Assembly (NCBI GenBank): GCA_965644315.1
Contig: CBFFRQ010000040.1
Span: 342,124-406,123 of the forward strand
Direction: 5' to 3'
Source of the DNA: Caecitellus pseudoparvulus
Taxonomy: Eukaryota > Protista > Bigyra: Bicosoecida
DNA length: 64,000 bases
A program made the translations under genes and the position numbers. The notes under the pieces are model-generated. The model was not told where the DNA came from. It was given only the letters and a program-made list of their open reading frames with translations, and made no database searches. This document shows positions 62,201 to 64,000 of this stretch, piece after piece (position 1 is the stretch's first letter; every line of letters begins with the position of its first letter).

Positions 62201-64000
62201 GCGCGAGGGACGTACGTCGTACATGCACCATTCCTAGGGCGAATGCCGCAGCTGCAGCGGTATGGCAATGCGGCGAAAGCGCAAAGGAACAGCATGGACA
62301 AGGTGGACATGCCGCTGTGGGCTATCGCTGAAGCGCCACCAGCTGCGCATGGGAGTATGGCATCTCCACAGCCAAGCAAGCTCACTTCCCCGCGCGCTGG
62401 GGTGCTGTCCAGGATGTCGGTGCCTGTGGAGCGCCCGGGCAAAGAGGCCAATGAGACGAAGCGACTTCTCACCCCCCTCCACACTTACGCTAGAGACCTG
62501 CTGAAGCTGTGGGTCGGCCAGTCGACGACACGCTCAAGCAGCGACAGGAGCGAGGATAGCACATTGCTGGGTTCGAAGCAGTTGGATGCAATGTGCAAGG
62601 CTCTGCTGTGGGCAGTGTTCGCCTCGCCACATGCCCAGCTGAAGCTCCTGGCTTGCCAGTTACAAGAGCAAGGGCAGCTCGCCGGGCGTCTCCCCCAAGC
62701 TCACTCACCCACGACTCCTGTTCGCAAGTCCTGGGGTCGCTCAGTCAAGCACAAGCGCACCGCGATTCCAGCCCCGCCCTTCACTCTCGTCGTGAACGCC
62801 CACGCAACTCCCCTGCCCTGGGAAGCTATGCTGAGCGTGGGTCTTGCAAAGCTCGCAGGCAGCAACCGTGACAGCATGGTGGTGAACTCGAGCGTCACAG
62901 GCACCCCCCAGATAGGCACTGCCGCCCACCTTCGGCAGATGAGAGAGCAGCAGGATGCATCTGCTGCGGAGAGTGCTAAACTCAATGCCCAGGTCGGGAC
63001 GCTGTACTTTTCCCGCACTTCCAGCCTCGTATCATCGCTGCACAGCGCGGCTCTTGGGCGAGAGAAGCACTTGCGCGTGACAGAAGCCACAGCGGGCTCA
63101 AAGGCAAGGCTGTTCCTTCCCCTCTTCCTGGGATCCAACGGAAAGAGCCTGTCCAGTGCCTCAGCTGCGTCCCAGCGGACCTTGGACACGATCCGCAAAA
63201 GGGCAGCGCAGTGCAGGGCTGAAGAGGCATGGTCCAAGCCCTGCACCGCAGTGCCTACCTGTCCGCCCCCCCTGGATGTGTGCAAAGTGGTGCCTGCTGT
63301 TCGGGCGACGCTGCGCGCAAGCGCCTCGCAGCGGGTCTTTCCCGGATCGCTGCGACTGCTCCAGCACAGTGCAGGGAGCTTCGTCGACAAGCAGCGCTTT
63401 GCAGCGGCGGAAGACCTTGGCCCGCCAATGACAGGAACGATGATTGCCGAACAAATGGACTCGCCGGCAGGCAAGGGGAAGCTGCCGCATTGGAGGTGGG
63501 ACCCCGCCTTCGCCAGCTCGGCGGCTTGGACTGGCCCGCTGAACTCGCCGCTGGCCCTCAAGACAAGCTTCTTCAGTAGCGCTCACTCGAAAGCTGGTAA
63601 GGCGACGCTAGTGGACTCGACTCTCATGCGCCTGTCACCCTGGGGCATGCAGCAGTGGCTTGCAGGCCGATGTGCGGAGGAAGACTTCCCTGTCATCATC
63701 CTCCAGCATGCAGATGTGCTGGAGCAGTCTGAGACTGTGCTGTGGCTGCAGCATGCCTTGCCACACGTGCCCATCGTTGCCCTCCCGTCCTTTGAGGCAC
63801 ACTATACTGCGGCTCTGGACAAGCTACAGCACGTTGTGCACAACGCGTACCGACGCCCGACGGATTCCCCGCACCTCTCAACGCACACAAGGGTGCTGCA
63901 GCACGCAGTGGACTGCATCGCCGCCGAGCTGAAGCTACAGTGTCTCCTGCTGAACCTCCCGTGCGCGTCCGAGCCCAGTGCAGCGAGCTTTTCAGGCGCT
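53278..64000 (+). CDS. Giant (>3,500 aa) Ala/Leu-rich TPR-like protein with a CHAT/separase-like C-terminal region; 3' truncated
   Basis: Exon 1 53278-53361 (MAGNLKQWADSDEE), intron 53362-53437, then a frame from 53438 that appears open to 64000. No closed ORF is listed in this frame, and the stretches I translated contain no stop. TPR-like helices include LQLAVSYFRAGQHNDS. FTLVVNAHATPLPWEAML lies at 62780-62833. Confidence 0.8.

Noticed and set aside
62700-64000. Calling the giant ORF separase (ESP1)
   Set aside because: It lacks the YVLNP, GHG and LFGC catalytic motifs within the window.
1-64000. Alternative genetic code, prokaryotic operon, transposon or endogenous virophage
   Set aside because: All three stop codons terminate conserved proteins and spliceosomal introns are present. 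No transposase, integrase, capsid, terminal repeats or AT-rich island was seen.

Overview
This is gene-dense, GC-rich eukaryotic nuclear DNA with the standard genetic code and short GT-AG introns (mostly 67-134 bp, donor often GTGCGT) clustered near 5' ends. It is probably from a unicellular protist; the taxon cannot be fixed from sequence alone. I can model 18 protein-coding genes, in order: PP2C (5' truncated), a ~3.2k-aa multi-C-type-lectin/mucin/multi-TM receptor, MAPEG protein, RPL23A, single-chain ATP-citrate lyase, a CXorf65/C22orf15-like protein, a BAG-domain protein, a Tudor-repeat/EF-hand protein (about 8 x 276 bp), eIF3c, a divergent E2, AFG1/ZapE ATPase, a DEP-START-AGC kinase, an ankyrin protein, PRP8, a multi-TM hybrid histidine kinase, MO25, a Zn2Cys6 factor, and a >3,500-aa TPR/CHAT-like ORF that the ORF track misses because it runs off the window. 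No RNA genes, CRISPR arrays or mobile elements were recognised. The top finding is that the hexamer AATGCA lies in sense orientation 0-170 nt after the stop codon of 15 of 17 complete genes. One palindromic copy (AATGCATT) sits midway between convergent PRP8 and the histidine kinase gene. It is a candidate non-canonical polyadenylation signal. All exon/intron models are manual inferences without transcript data.
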